From assembly GCA_964428315.1 (NCBI GenBank), contig CAYRXT010000012.1, positions 562-64,561 of the forward strand: a stretch of 64,000 nucleotides of DNA. The letters run 5' to 3'. The notes beneath the pieces were generated by a model. That model worked only from the letters and a program-made list of their open reading frames with translations. It made no database searches and was not told the DNA's origin. Both the position numbers and the translations under genes were made by a program. Source of the DNA: an uncultured Planctomycetales bacterium (GTDB lineage: Bacteria; Omnitrophota; Gorgyraeia; Zapsychrales; CAYRXT01). Numbering within the stretch: the first letter of the stretch is position 1; each line of letters starts with the position of its first letter. Shown piece by piece: positions 17,962 through 26,696 of the stretch.

Positions 17962-19245
17962 ATGGAAAGAATAGCCGTCATCGGCACCGGGATCGCGGGG
18001 ATGGGCGCCGCCTATTTTTTAAGGGACCGCTATGACGTCACGTTTTACGAGAAGAACGATTATCCCGGCGGGCATACCAACACGGTATCGGTGAATGAGG
18101 GCGGACGTGAGGTCCGCATGGACACGGGTTTCATGGTCTATAACGAGGTGACCTACCCCAACCTTACGAGGCTTCTGGGGGAACTGGACGTCAGGACGAA
18201 GCCGACCACGATGTCCTTCAGCGTCCAGCATATCCCCACGGGTCTGGAATACCGCGGGACGGGTCTGAACAATCTTTTTTGTCAGCGTAAAAATATGTTC
18301 AAGGCGTCTTTCATCAGGATGCTCTGGGAAGTGCACCGTTTCAGGATGGAAGCGGACGAGGTCCTAACCGGGGAGCGGTATCACGACTATACGCTGGCAC
18401 GGTATGTCCGGGAGAAGGGTTACAGTGAGGACTTCCTGACGAAGTTCCTGGTCCCGATGAGCTCGGCGGTCTGGTCCACACCTCCCGGGATGATGCTGGA
18501 GTTTCCCGCCATGGCACTGGTCATGTTTTTCAAAAATCACGGTTTTCTGGGTTTGAAGACCCAGCACCAGTGGTTTACCGTCGATGGGGGGAGCCGGCAT
18601 TACCGCGATAAAATCATGGACCTTTTCCCCGGGAAGGTGAGGCTCAACACCCCGGCAAAAAAAGTCGCCTTACGCGACGGGAGAGTCTTTGTGGAAGACG
18701 GCAAAGGGGAAAGCGGGGCTTACGACAAGGTCATCATCGCCTCGCACGCGGACGAGGCCCTGGCCCTGCTCGAGAAGCCGACCTCCGCCCAGAAAGACCT
18801 GCTGGGGCGATTTGCGTACCAGGCCAATCCCACGGTCTTGCATACCGATACGGCCCTCATGCCGCGCATTAAACGCGCCTGGTCGTCGTGGAATTACCGT
18901 ATAGGTCCCGACAGGACGGGACAAATGCAAACCACGACCATCTACGACATGAACAGCCTTCAGAAGGTGTCGGAGCGGGAGAATTATTTTGTCTCGATCA
19001 ACGACCCCGGCTGGATCGATCCCGGAAAGATACTCTGGAAGACCGAGTATACCCATCCCGTCTATACTGTCGGGGCGCTTGAGGCGCAGAAGGGACTCGG
19101 CCGGCTGAACGACGCGGGGCCCGTCTATTTTTGCGGGAGTTACTTCCGTTACGGTTTCCACGAAGACGCCCTGACCTCGGCTGTCGAGGCCGTCCGGGCG
19201 CTCACGGGACGTTATCCGGATGGCTACGGGGGGTTTGCGCCATGA
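17962..19245 (+). CDS. NAD(P)/FAD-dependent oxidoreductase (amine-oxidase/phytoene-desaturase-like), homologous to the UfaD-type fatty-acyl desaturase of the DUF1365-Cfa locus
   Basis: N-terminal dinucleotide-binding motif (IAVIGTGIAGMGAAYFL). 427 aa. Sits immediately before DUF1365 with ATGA coupling. Confidence 0.85.
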   Translation: MERIAVIGTGIAGMGAAYFLRDRYDVTFYEKNDYPGGHTNTVSVNEGGREVRMDTGFMVYNEVTYPNLTRLLGELDVRTKPTTMSFSVQHIPTGLEYRGTGLNNLFCQRKNMFKASFIRMLWEVHRFRMEADEVLTGERYHDYTLARYVREKGYSEDFLTKFLVPMSSAVWSTPPGMMLEFPAMALVMFFKNHGFLGLKTQHQWFTVDGGSRHYRDKIMDLFPGKVRLNTPAKKVALRDGRVFVEDGKGESGAYDKVIIASHADEALALLEKPTSAQKDLLGRFAYQANPTVLHTDTALMPRIKRAWSSWNYRIGPDRTGQMQTTTIYDMNSLQKVSERENYFVSINDPGWIDPGKILWKTEYTHPVYTVGALEAQKGLGRLNDAGPVYFCGSYFRYGFHEDALTSAVEAVRALTGRYPDGYGGFAP

Positions 19246-20033
19246 ATTCGTGCCTTTACGAAACCCGGATCATGCATTCACGTCTCGAGCCGAAGAAACA
19301 CCGTTTCGCGTACGGATTCTTTTCCTTTTATCTGGACCTGGACGAGATCGATGAACTGGCGAGGAAAATACCGGGATTCAGCCGAAACCGCTGGGACCTG
19401 TATTCCTTCCACGACCGGGATCATGTCGACATGGGACGGGGCAGCGTCAAGCATAATATCCTCGCCTTTCTCGGCGAACACGGGATCGGTCTTGACGGCG
19501 GCCGGATTATGCTGTTGACCTATCTCCGGACATTCGGTTATCTTTTCAATCCCGTATCCTTCTTTTTCTGTTTCGATGCCGAGGAGAGGCCGGTCTGCGT
19601 CGTGGCCGAAGTGGGCAATACCTTTGGAGAAATGAAGCTGTTCCTGATCCGGGACGGCGCCTTTAAGGACGGCCGTTTCCGCGACAGGCATGACAAATAC
19701 TATTATGTTTCTCCTTTCACAAAGCTGGACGACCAGCTGGATTTCCGGATCGCCGTCCCGGAGGAGAAGATGACCGTCGGGGTGGACACATCCCGAAACG
19801 GGAAGAAGGTCCTGGTGGCGTCGATGACCGGCGAAAGACGCGAGTTGACCGGGGGCAATCTTTTGCGCCTGAGCCTGAAATTCCCCTGGATCACCCTTAA
19901 GGTCATTGTCCTGATACACTGGCATGCCCTCTTACTCTGGATCAAGAAGATACCTTATGAACTGAAGACAAGCAATCCCCATTTGCAGAAGGAGGTCCAC
20001 CGTGTCCGGCGTAAACACTCTCGCTCTGCCTGA
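19242..20033 (+). CDS. DUF1365 family protein (UfaO-like)
   Basis: The true start is ATG 19242 (MNSCLYETRIMHSRLEPKKHRFAY..), which shares ATGA with the upstream stop. The ORF-track start at 19131 is an over-extension. The motif and size fit DUF1365, which is always found between amine oxidase and Cfa. Confidence 0.85.
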   Translation: MNSCLYETRIMHSRLEPKKHRFAYGFFSFYLDLDEIDELARKIPGFSRNRWDLYSFHDRDHVDMGRGSVKHNILAFLGEHGIGLDGGRIMLLTYLRTFGYLFNPVSFFFCFDAEERPVCVVAEVGNTFGEMKLFLIRDGAFKDGRFRDRHDKYYYVSPFTKLDDQLDFRIAVPEEKMTVGVDTSRNGKKVLVASMTGERRELTGGNLLRLSLKFPWITLKVIVLIHWHALLLWIKKIPYELKTSNPHLQKEVHRVRRKHSRSA

Positions 20034-21264
20034 TACGCGGCGAAATGAAGCCAAGGGCGGTCTCTATGAGAACATCGTTGATCACCTCATGCGCCCTATG
20101 CGTCTGGGACGGCTCGAGGTGCGCCTGCCCGGCGGCCGTGTTGTGGCCTACGGCGGAGGAGTCCAAGGCGTGCACGCGCGCATGACGGTTCATCGTCGCG
20201 ATTTTTTCCGGAAATGCGTCCTTTTCGGCGACGTCGGCTTCGGGGAATCGTACGTGGACGGGGACTGGGACACGGACAGCGTCACGAAGGTCATCGAATG
20301 GATGATCCTCAACGTGGAAAGTCATCCGACGCTGATGTCGGACAGAGAGAAGCGTTCTCCGGTCAATCTTTTGAAATTTCTCAACAATCTCCTCATCCCG
20401 CTCAGAACAAACACGCTGTCCGGCAGCCGGCGGAATATCCACAGCCATTATGATCTGGGCAACGAATTTTTCCGTCTGTTCCTTGATCCGTCCATGACGT
20501 ATTCTTCCGCCTTTTTCAGGACGGAGGAAGACACCCTGGAGGAGGCCCAGTATCAGAAGTATGAAACGTTGTGCCGCAAGATAAGGCTGAACAAGGACGA
20601 TCACGTCCTGGAGATCGGGAGCGGGTGGGGCGGTTTCGCACTCTATGCCGCCAGACGATACGGGTGCCGCGTCACCACGATCACGGTCTCGCGGCAGCAG
20701 TACGATTTTGTCCGCGACCGGATAGAGCGGGAAGGGCTGGAGGAAAGAGCCCGGGTCGCCATGAAAGATTACCGGGAAATTGACGGCCGGTTCGACAAGA
20801 TCGTATCCATCGAAATGCTGGAGGCGGTCGGCCACGCGTATTACGAAGCCTATTTCCGGCAGTGCCACCGTCTGCTCAAGAAGGACGGCATACTTGGTCT
20901 GCAGGTTATCCTCTCGCCGGACAACCGTTACGATTCATTCCGCAGGAATGTGGACTGGATTCAGAAACACGTCTTCCCGGGAAGCCTTCTGCCTTCTTTC
21001 GCCGTGCTCCAGCGGGCCGTTAACAGGACCGGGGATCTGTGCCTGCACGATTTCGAGGACATGACGCAGTCCTACGCCCGGACTCTGCGCCAGTGGTTTG
21101 ATAATTTCAACGGCCGGCTGGACGAGGCGCGTTCTCTGGGGCTGTCAGAGGCCTTTATCAGGAAATGGAATTATTATTTGTGTTATTGCGAGGCGGCGTT
21201 CAGGATGAGGAACATCGCGGCGGCCCAGATCGTGTTCAGCCGTCCGAACAACGCCATGTTATGA
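20002..21264 (+). CDS. cfa: Cyclopropane-fatty-acyl-phospholipid synthase-like SAM-dependent methyltransferase (UfaM/Cfa-like), copy 2
   Basis: 420 aa. HVLEIGSGWGGFALYAARRYG is SAM motif I. FDKIVSIEMLEAVG and the C-terminal YYLCYCEAAFR are hallmark Cfa blocks. Confidence 0.9.
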   Translation: MSGVNTLALPDTRRNEAKGGLYENIVDHLMRPMRLGRLEVRLPGGRVVAYGGGVQGVHARMTVHRRDFFRKCVLFGDVGFGESYVDGDWDTDSVTKVIEWMILNVESHPTLMSDREKRSPVNLLKFLNNLLIPLRTNTLSGSRRNIHSHYDLGNEFFRLFLDPSMTYSSAFFRTEEDTLEEAQYQKYETLCRKIRLNKDDHVLEIGSGWGGFALYAARRYGCRVTTITVSRQQYDFVRDRIEREGLEERARVAMKDYREIDGRFDKIVSIEMLEAVGHAYYEAYFRQCHRLLKKDGILGLQVILSPDNRYDSFRRNVDWIQKHVFPGSLLPSFAVLQRAVNRTGDLCLHDFEDMTQSYARTLRQWFDNFNGRLDEARSLGLSEAFIRKWNYYLCYCEAAFRMRNIAAAQIVFSRPNNAML

Positions 21265-21274
21265 GGACCGAAAT

Positions 21275-21784
21275 GTGAAGGCCAGGACGGTCGTCGTCAA
21301 CGATAAGATGCAGAAGAATTACCGTTATTGTCGGACGGAGCCGGCCGGGAGACATTTCGCCGCGGAATTCCGGCCCGATCTCACGCCGAGAGAGATGCTC
21401 GCGCTCGGGGTGTTCGGGGGCAAATACATGACCGACTGCGGTGCGGAATTTCCCTCAAGCTGGTTCCGCGGGGCGAAATTATGCGCCGAACGCCATGATC
21501 CAAGGCTCAATCATTTCGGTGTCAGTGCCAGCCAGCCGCTCAGGGTGTGGGAGAGGAAGGGCTGGATCCATCCGGCGGACCCCCGGGGCTGGTTCCAGTG
21601 GTACTGTCGCTATTATATGGGCCGGCGCATGCCCGAGGAAGATCGGCGTCAGATCAAACGGTGGAAGGCCATGAAGCGCCATGCGGCCCAGATCAGAAAG
21701 CACTGCCCCCCGGGAGACGGCGGCTGCCGGCCGAGACAGCGCCAGGCCCTGCTGCACTGGGCCTACGACAGCCGGGCCATCTGA
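21275..21784 (+). CDS. Conserved hypothetical Cys/Trp/Arg-rich protein, last gene of the operon
   Basis: 169 aa, 10 nt after the Cfa stop. No family recognised. Confidence 0.45.
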   Translation: MKARTVVVNDKMQKNYRYCRTEPAGRHFAAEFRPDLTPREMLALGVFGGKYMTDCGAEFPSSWFRGAKLCAERHDPRLNHFGVSASQPLRVWERKGWIHPADPRGWFQWYCRYYMGRRMPEEDRRQIKRWKAMKRHAAQIRKHCPPGDGGCRPRQRQALLHWAYDSRAI

Positions 21785-21930
21785 GTACAGCGTAAGGCTC
21801 TTTATCCTTTTGTCCGAGTTTCTTTGACACGGACACAAGGGCATAGTAATATGATATCCACTAAGTGAAAGACAAGCTTGTGTCGGCATAACGGTTCATC
21901 ATGGAAGACCATAAAAAGGAGGTTGGACCA

Positions 21931-22356
21931 ATGGATAAAGCGACATTGATCAAAAACCTGAACGAGGACCTGGCTCACGAGTACAGCGCCATCGTCCAGT
22001 ACATCACCTACGCGGCCAAGGTGACGGGGCCCTACAGGCCTCAGCTGACGCAGTTTTTTCTCGCCGAGGTGGCGGACGAGCAGGGGCACGCGCAGTTCCT
22101 GGCGAACAAGATCGTGGCCCTTGGCGGAGAGCCCACCACGACGCCCGCCCCGGTCAAGGCCGCGAACACGGACCGCGAAATGGTGGGGGCCGTCCTGGAG
22201 GCCGAGCGCCTGGCCGTGAAGAATTACACGAAGAGGGCCAAAGAGGCGGATGAATTCGGCGACAAGGGACTGGTCGTCCAGATAGAGGACATGATCCGCG
22301 ATGAGAGCGGTCACTCGGAAGAGAGCGAGAGGATTTTAAAAGACTGGCCGATTTAA
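21931..22356 (+). CDS. Ferritin-like domain protein (bacterioferritin/Dps-like four-helix bundle)
   Basis: RBS AAGGAGG 7 nt before ATG 21931. Ferritin-like di-iron ligand pattern (LNEDLAHEYSAIVQYI....EQGHAQFLANKI...EAERLAVKNY). Confidence 0.7.
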   Translation: MDKATLIKNLNEDLAHEYSAIVQYITYAAKVTGPYRPQLTQFFLAEVADEQGHAQFLANKIVALGGEPTTTPAPVKAANTDREMVGAVLEAERLAVKNYTKRAKEADEFGDKGLVVQIEDMIRDESGHSEESERILKDWPI

Positions 22357-22399
22357 TCAGGGGTAAGGGGTAAGGGATTCGTGGCAGGAGATAAGAAAA

Positions 22400-22454
22400 G
22401 GGGGGACAGGCTGCTTTGAAGATAAGACAGAAGCAGCCTGTCCCCCCTTTTTTG
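22400..22454 (+). terminator. Rho-independent terminator
   Basis: GGGGGGACAGGCTGCTT..AAGCAGCCTGTCCCCCC is a 16-17 bp stem, followed by TTTTTTG. Confidence 0.75.
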
Positions 22455-22473
22455 ATTATCCATACCTCAGGGC

Positions 22474-24342
22474 ATGAGCAAGCGCAAAAAGAAAAAAAGA
22501 GAAAGATCCGGGAAACGGCCGGTACAGGAAAAGGGTGCCGGTGACGCCGCGTTGCGCGCGCCTTCCGGTACGGCGCGCTGGATCTTTCCCGTCCTCCTGG
22601 TCCTGGTCACCGCGGTCTGTTTCTCTCCCTCTCTACGGGGCGACATAAACACATGGGATGACCAGGTCCATCTTTCCCGCCACAAGACCGTGCGCTCCCT
22701 TGAGCCGGAGAATATCCGGCGCATGTTTACCGAAACCGTCAACCGCACGTACATCCCCCTCACGACCCTGTCCTTCGCACTGGAATATCATTTCTTCGGC
22801 TACGATCCGTTCATCTATCACCTGGACAATATCCTGCTGCATATCGGTGTGGTCCTCTTGCTTTACGGGCTCGGGATCAGGCTCGGACTCGCGCCTCCAG
22901 CGGCCTTCGCGGGGTCGCTGATCTTCGCCGTCCATCCCATGCACGTCGAGTCTGTGGCCTGGGCCACGGAACGCAAGGATGTTCTGTATGCCTTCTTTTA
23001 TATTTTGTCCCTCCGGCTTTACACGGAATACGCGATAAGCGGAAGGAGGCGTCCTTATATTTTGAGCGTGCTCTGCGCGCTCTTGAGCATCCTGGCCAAG
23101 GCCATGGCCTTAAGCCTGCCACTGGTTTTGTTTGTGATTGACTGGTTTCTCAAGCGGCGGCGCGGCATCCGGCTGTTTCTTGAAAAGGTCCCCCACATGG
23201 CCGCGGTTTTCCCGATCGCATGGATCACGTATTCCCTCCATGCCCGGCCGGTAGGGGAGACCGGAGGCCAGGCCTTTTTGATCTGGGTATGGACGGCGGT
23301 TTTTTATCCCTGGAAATTTTTCTTTCCGGCCACCCTGGTCCCCCTATACGAAATGCCCCGGCCGGTCACGGTGACGAATCCCGTCTTCGGGGGAGCCCTG
23401 GCGCTCTTTGTCCTTCTTTTGGCGGCGGTTGTGCGCTTGCGCCGGCACCGGTTGTTTCTTTTCGCCGTGTTTTATTATTTTTGCTCGATATTTTTCCTTT
23501 TGCGTTACGATGATACCGTCGATCTGAATATCGTCGCCGACCGTTTTATGTATCTTCCCAGCGCCGGGATTTGTCTGTGGCTGGGCCATCTGGTTATCCG
23601 GGGCTTCAAGGAGATCAAGGCCCGACGGCCGGCCTTTTTCCCCGTGGTCCTCGCGCTTTGCGCGGCCGCGGCGGCCTGGCTTGGTCTCAAGACGTACCGG
23701 CTGACGTCCGTCTGGGAAAACAACAAGGCTTTATGGACGTATGTCAGCCGGCATTATCCCGAAAACCCGCATGCCCTGTTCGGGCTGGGGCAGGTCAGTC
23801 TCCGCGAAGGCGACCGGGAGGGCGCTTTGCGCTATTACCAGCGGGCTTACCGGAACAATTACCGTTCACCGAAAATTTTTAATAACCTCGGTGAGCTCTA
23901 TTACACGGAAGGAAAAAAAGAAAGGGCCTTCCGCCATTTCCAGACCGCCCTGAGGTATAATCCCGACTACATCCCCGCATTGAACAACCTCGGCGCTATG
24001 CTTATGGAAAAAGGCCGGTGGGCCGAAGCTTACGCCCTGATCAATCAGGGTCTGTCGATCGAGCCGGACTCCCTGGTCCTTCACCTGACCCTGGGCGACT
24101 GGTATTTGTACCGCGGAAGGGTACAGGAAGCGGTAGAGACCTTCCGCAGGGGGGCCGAAGGCACGAGGGATGTTGATCCTGAAAACGTCGCCAAACTTTA
24201 CAATCACTTGGGCGCGGCCCTTCTCAAAGAGGGGGAATCCGGAGAAGCGAAGGAGGCGTTTGAAAAGGCGCTCGAGATCCGGCCGGACTTTGAGAACGCC
24301 AGGCATAACCTGAAACAGATGGAGGCGTCCGGGAACCCTTGA
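22474..24342 (+). CDS. GT-C-fold membrane glycosyltransferase with C-terminal TPR repeats (TMTC/PMT-like, DUF1736-type)
   Basis: N-terminal polytopic domain with an acidic first-loop motif (INTWDDQVH) and a YIPLTTLSFALEYHFFG block. C-terminal ~230 aa of TPR repeats (ALFGLGQVSLREGDREGALRYYQRAY..NNLGELYY..ALNNLGAMLMEKG). 622 aa. Confidence 0.7.
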   Translation: MSKRKKKKRERSGKRPVQEKGAGDAALRAPSGTARWIFPVLLVLVTAVCFSPSLRGDINTWDDQVHLSRHKTVRSLEPENIRRMFTETVNRTYIPLTTLSFALEYHFFGYDPFIYHLDNILLHIGVVLLLYGLGIRLGLAPPAAFAGSLIFAVHPMHVESVAWATERKDVLYAFFYILSLRLYTEYAISGRRRPYILSVLCALLSILAKAMALSLPLVLFVIDWFLKRRRGIRLFLEKVPHMAAVFPIAWITYSLHARPVGETGGQAFLIWVWTAVFYPWKFFFPATLVPLYEMPRPVTVTNPVFGGALALFVLLLAAVVRLRRHRLFLFAVFYYFCSIFFLLRYDDTVDLNIVADRFMYLPSAGICLWLGHLVIRGFKEIKARRPAFFPVVLALCAAAAAWLGLKTYRLTSVWENNKALWTYVSRHYPENPHALFGLGQVSLREGDREGALRYYQRAYRNNYRSPKIFNNLGELYYTEGKKERAFRHFQTALRYNPDYIPALNNLGAMLMEKGRWAEAYALINQGLSIEPDSLVLHLTLGDWYLYRGRVQEAVETFRRGAEGTRDVDPENVAKLYNHLGAALLKEGESGEAKEAFEKALEIRPDFENARHNLKQMEASGNP

Positions 24343-24504
24343 AAAACCGGCGGAGGGTTCCCGTTGTTCATAAAAAATTTTGTCACGGCGCCGGCAGTAT
24401 GGTATACTCAATCCATACAACCTGAAACCGCGCGGCGTTGCAGCCGCGACGATCACCCATCCAACTGAATATCCAAAACAGGGGGATGGGATTTTTTTTG
24501 CCTT

Positions 24505-25950
24505 ATGGAGACAAAAACAAAGATCGCCTTTCTCTTGGTTCTCGCTCTGGCTGTCTGGGCGCGGACCGCTTCTCTGCCGGGAGAGGCCCTGTGCACCGAC
24601 GAGCTTTTTACCCGGCAGGCGGGGCTGGAGTTTTTCGGTTCGGGTCTGGACGCCGTGCGGTCGGACCTGGTCCACCCGCCGGTTTATTACGTCCTCGTCC
24701 ATTTGTTTTTGAGGGTTTTCGGCGATCATGCCTTAGGCCTGCGGCTGGTGTCTTTGCTCAGCGGCGTGGCATGCGTCGCCGTTACAATGTTCTGGACGGA
24801 GCGGAAAACGGGAAGGCCGTCGGCCGGCATGCTTGCCGGCGCGCTCCTGGCGGTTTCTTCTCCCATGATCTTCTACAGCCAGCAGGCGCGCAGTTACGCC
24901 CTGTACGCGCTGTTGTTCTTTCTTGTCATGGCGGCGGCGGATTGGGCATTGAGTTTCCCCGGACAAAGAGGACGCTGGTTAACGCTCTCTTTGCTTATCG
25001 CGCTGTTCGTGTTCACCCACTATATCGCGGTCCTGTATCTCGCGGCTCTGGGTCTGGGGATCCTGCTCAACGGCAGGACAAGGATCCGGCTTATCCTAAA
25101 ATATTTTCTGTCATGTCTCCCCGCGGCAGTACTGATCGGGGCCTGGATGTGTTTTCTCTGGCCGTCTTTCCAGGAAAGGGGAGGACTGGAAGGAAACCTT
25201 TCCTGGATCGAAACACCCTTGATTCATTCTCTCGCTTATGTGTTCGGGACGTTCAACGGCGCGCCGCCGGTCAATCACGGAACAGTGTTTTCTCTATTGG
25301 TCCTTTTTGGCCTGACGGCTGCTGTGGTCTGCCAAATGTTCATTCTAAGGACGGATGACCGGGCGGGGATCGACCGGCCGATCAAATTCTGCCTGGCGGC
25401 CGCCTTTTTTCCGCCGGCCGCGTTGTTTCTCCTGGCCCGGCCGCCGTTTTCCCTCCCGATCTGGGGGTTGAGGCATCTCCTTCCTTCCCAGGCCGCCCTG
25501 GTCGTTTTTCTTGTCCTGGGCCTTTGGCGTTTTTTCGGGGAAAGGAAAAAGATCCTGGTGCCGGCATGCGCGCTCCTTATCGGGCTTCAGGCGGGGGGCA
25601 GCGCGATGTGGCTTAATCCTCCCGTAAGAATGCCTTATGATAAGGTAGCCCGGGTCCTGGAGGACGGATATCCCCGGAGTTTCGAGGTTTTGGCCGCGTG
25701 GGACGGCATCGCCGGACCGGTCAATTATTATTTGAAGGAAAGGCCGTCCGTACAATTGATCCCCGAAAACGCGGACGGCCTGCCGGCAAGTTTCATCTTG
25801 CTGTACCGTCCGGCGATCGAGCGGGAGATGGCGTTTTATGAAAGGGCGCGCGACGCAGGATGGGAGGATATGGAAACGAAAGAATTCGACGCTTCTTACG
25901 GCCGCAAGGTCCTGCTGAAATTGATGAGCAACCCCCGGAGTGGACGATGA
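24505..25950 (+). CDS. GT-C-fold membrane glycosyltransferase, ArnT/PMT (GT39/GT83)-like
   Basis: About 13 TM helices. An early loop DE motif (CTDELF). Hydrophobic periodicity typical of undecaprenyl-phosphate-sugar-dependent transferases. 481 aa. Confidence 0.7.
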   Translation: METKTKIAFLLVLALAVWARTASLPGEALCTDELFTRQAGLEFFGSGLDAVRSDLVHPPVYYVLVHLFLRVFGDHALGLRLVSLLSGVACVAVTMFWTERKTGRPSAGMLAGALLAVSSPMIFYSQQARSYALYALLFFLVMAAADWALSFPGQRGRWLTLSLLIALFVFTHYIAVLYLAALGLGILLNGRTRIRLILKYFLSCLPAAVLIGAWMCFLWPSFQERGGLEGNLSWIETPLIHSLAYVFGTFNGAPPVNHGTVFSLLVLFGLTAAVVCQMFILRTDDRAGIDRPIKFCLAAAFFPPAALFLLARPPFSLPIWGLRHLLPSQAALVVFLVLGLWRFFGERKKILVPACALLIGLQAGGSAMWLNPPVRMPYDKVARVLEDGYPRSFEVLAAWDGIAGPVNYYLKERPSVQLIPENADGLPASFILLYRPAIEREMAFYERARDAGWEDMETKEFDASYGRKVLLKLMSNPRSGR

Positions 25951-26696
25951 CAAGACAGAAGGCCGTGATTGTCGTGCCATGTTTTAACGAGGCCAAACGC
26001 CTTCCGGTTGCAACATTCCGCAGATTCATGGGCATGAACAGGCATATCCGGTTTATATTCGTGGATGACGGGAGCACGGATGGAACGCTTTCGGTCCTCA
26101 GGGAACTCGCCGCGGACTCCCCGGACCGGGCCCTTGCGCTGCATCTCAAGCGGAATGCCGGCAAGGCCGAGGCGGTGCGGCAGGGGATGCTCAGGGCCGT
26201 GGAATACGGTCCGGATATTGTCGGATTCTGGGACGCGGACCTGGCCACGCCCCTGGAGGCTGTCCCTGAGCTGTTGGCTGTTTTCGCAAAACGGCCCATG
26301 GTCGAATGGATATTCGGCGCGAGGGTCCAGCTTCTCGGACGCAATATCCGGCGCCGGTCAATGAGGCATTACTCGGGACGAATTTTCGCCACCCTGGCCT
26401 CGCTGACGCTGGGGCTTGCCGTCTACGATACCCAGTGCGGCGCCAAGCTTTTCCGCTGCGACAATCTTTTGAAAGCCGTCATCCGCGAAAAATTCCGCAC
26501 GCGTTGGATCTTCGACGTGGAGCTGATCGCCCGCATGCGCAAGACATTCCGCGACGTCTTTGCGCCCCAGGAGGTCATCTTTGAGTATCCCTTGACGGAA
26601 TGGATCGATATCGAAGGTTCGAAAGTGAAGGCGCTGGATTTTCTCAGGGCCTTCGGCGATTTGCTGAAGATATGGATTTATCTTTTGAAGCGGTAA
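25947..26696 (+). CDS. GT2 polyprenyl-phosphate glycosyltransferase (Dpm1/ArnC-like)
   Basis: ATGA overlap with the GT-C gene. AVIVVPCFNEAKRL....FIFVDDGSTDGT...DADLATP...YDTQCGAKLF are the canonical DXD/ED motifs of dolichol-/undecaprenyl-phosphate sugar synthases. The ORF-track 25860 start is an over-extension. Confidence 0.8.
   Translation: MTRQKAVIVVPCFNEAKRLPVATFRRFMGMNRHIRFIFVDDGSTDGTLSVLRELAADSPDRALALHLKRNAGKAEAVRQGMLRAVEYGPDIVGFWDADLATPLEAVPELLAVFAKRPMVEWIFGARVQLLGRNIRRRSMRHYSGRIFATLASLTLGLAVYDTQCGAKLFRCDNLLKAVIREKFRTRWIFDVELIARMRKTFRDVFAPQEVIFEYPLTEWIDIEGSKVKALDFLRAFGDLLKIWIYLLKR

Noticed and set aside
19942-20868. 308-aa minus-strand ORF antisense to the Cfa-like gene
   Set aside because: The Cfa-like gene on the + strand has strong family motifs. 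The antisense frame is a GC-skew artefact.
24438-25358. 306-aa alternative-frame ORF over the ArnT-like gene
   Set aside because: It is a same-strand shifted frame with Arg/Gly/Pro-rich translation. The 481-aa frame has a coherent TM topology.
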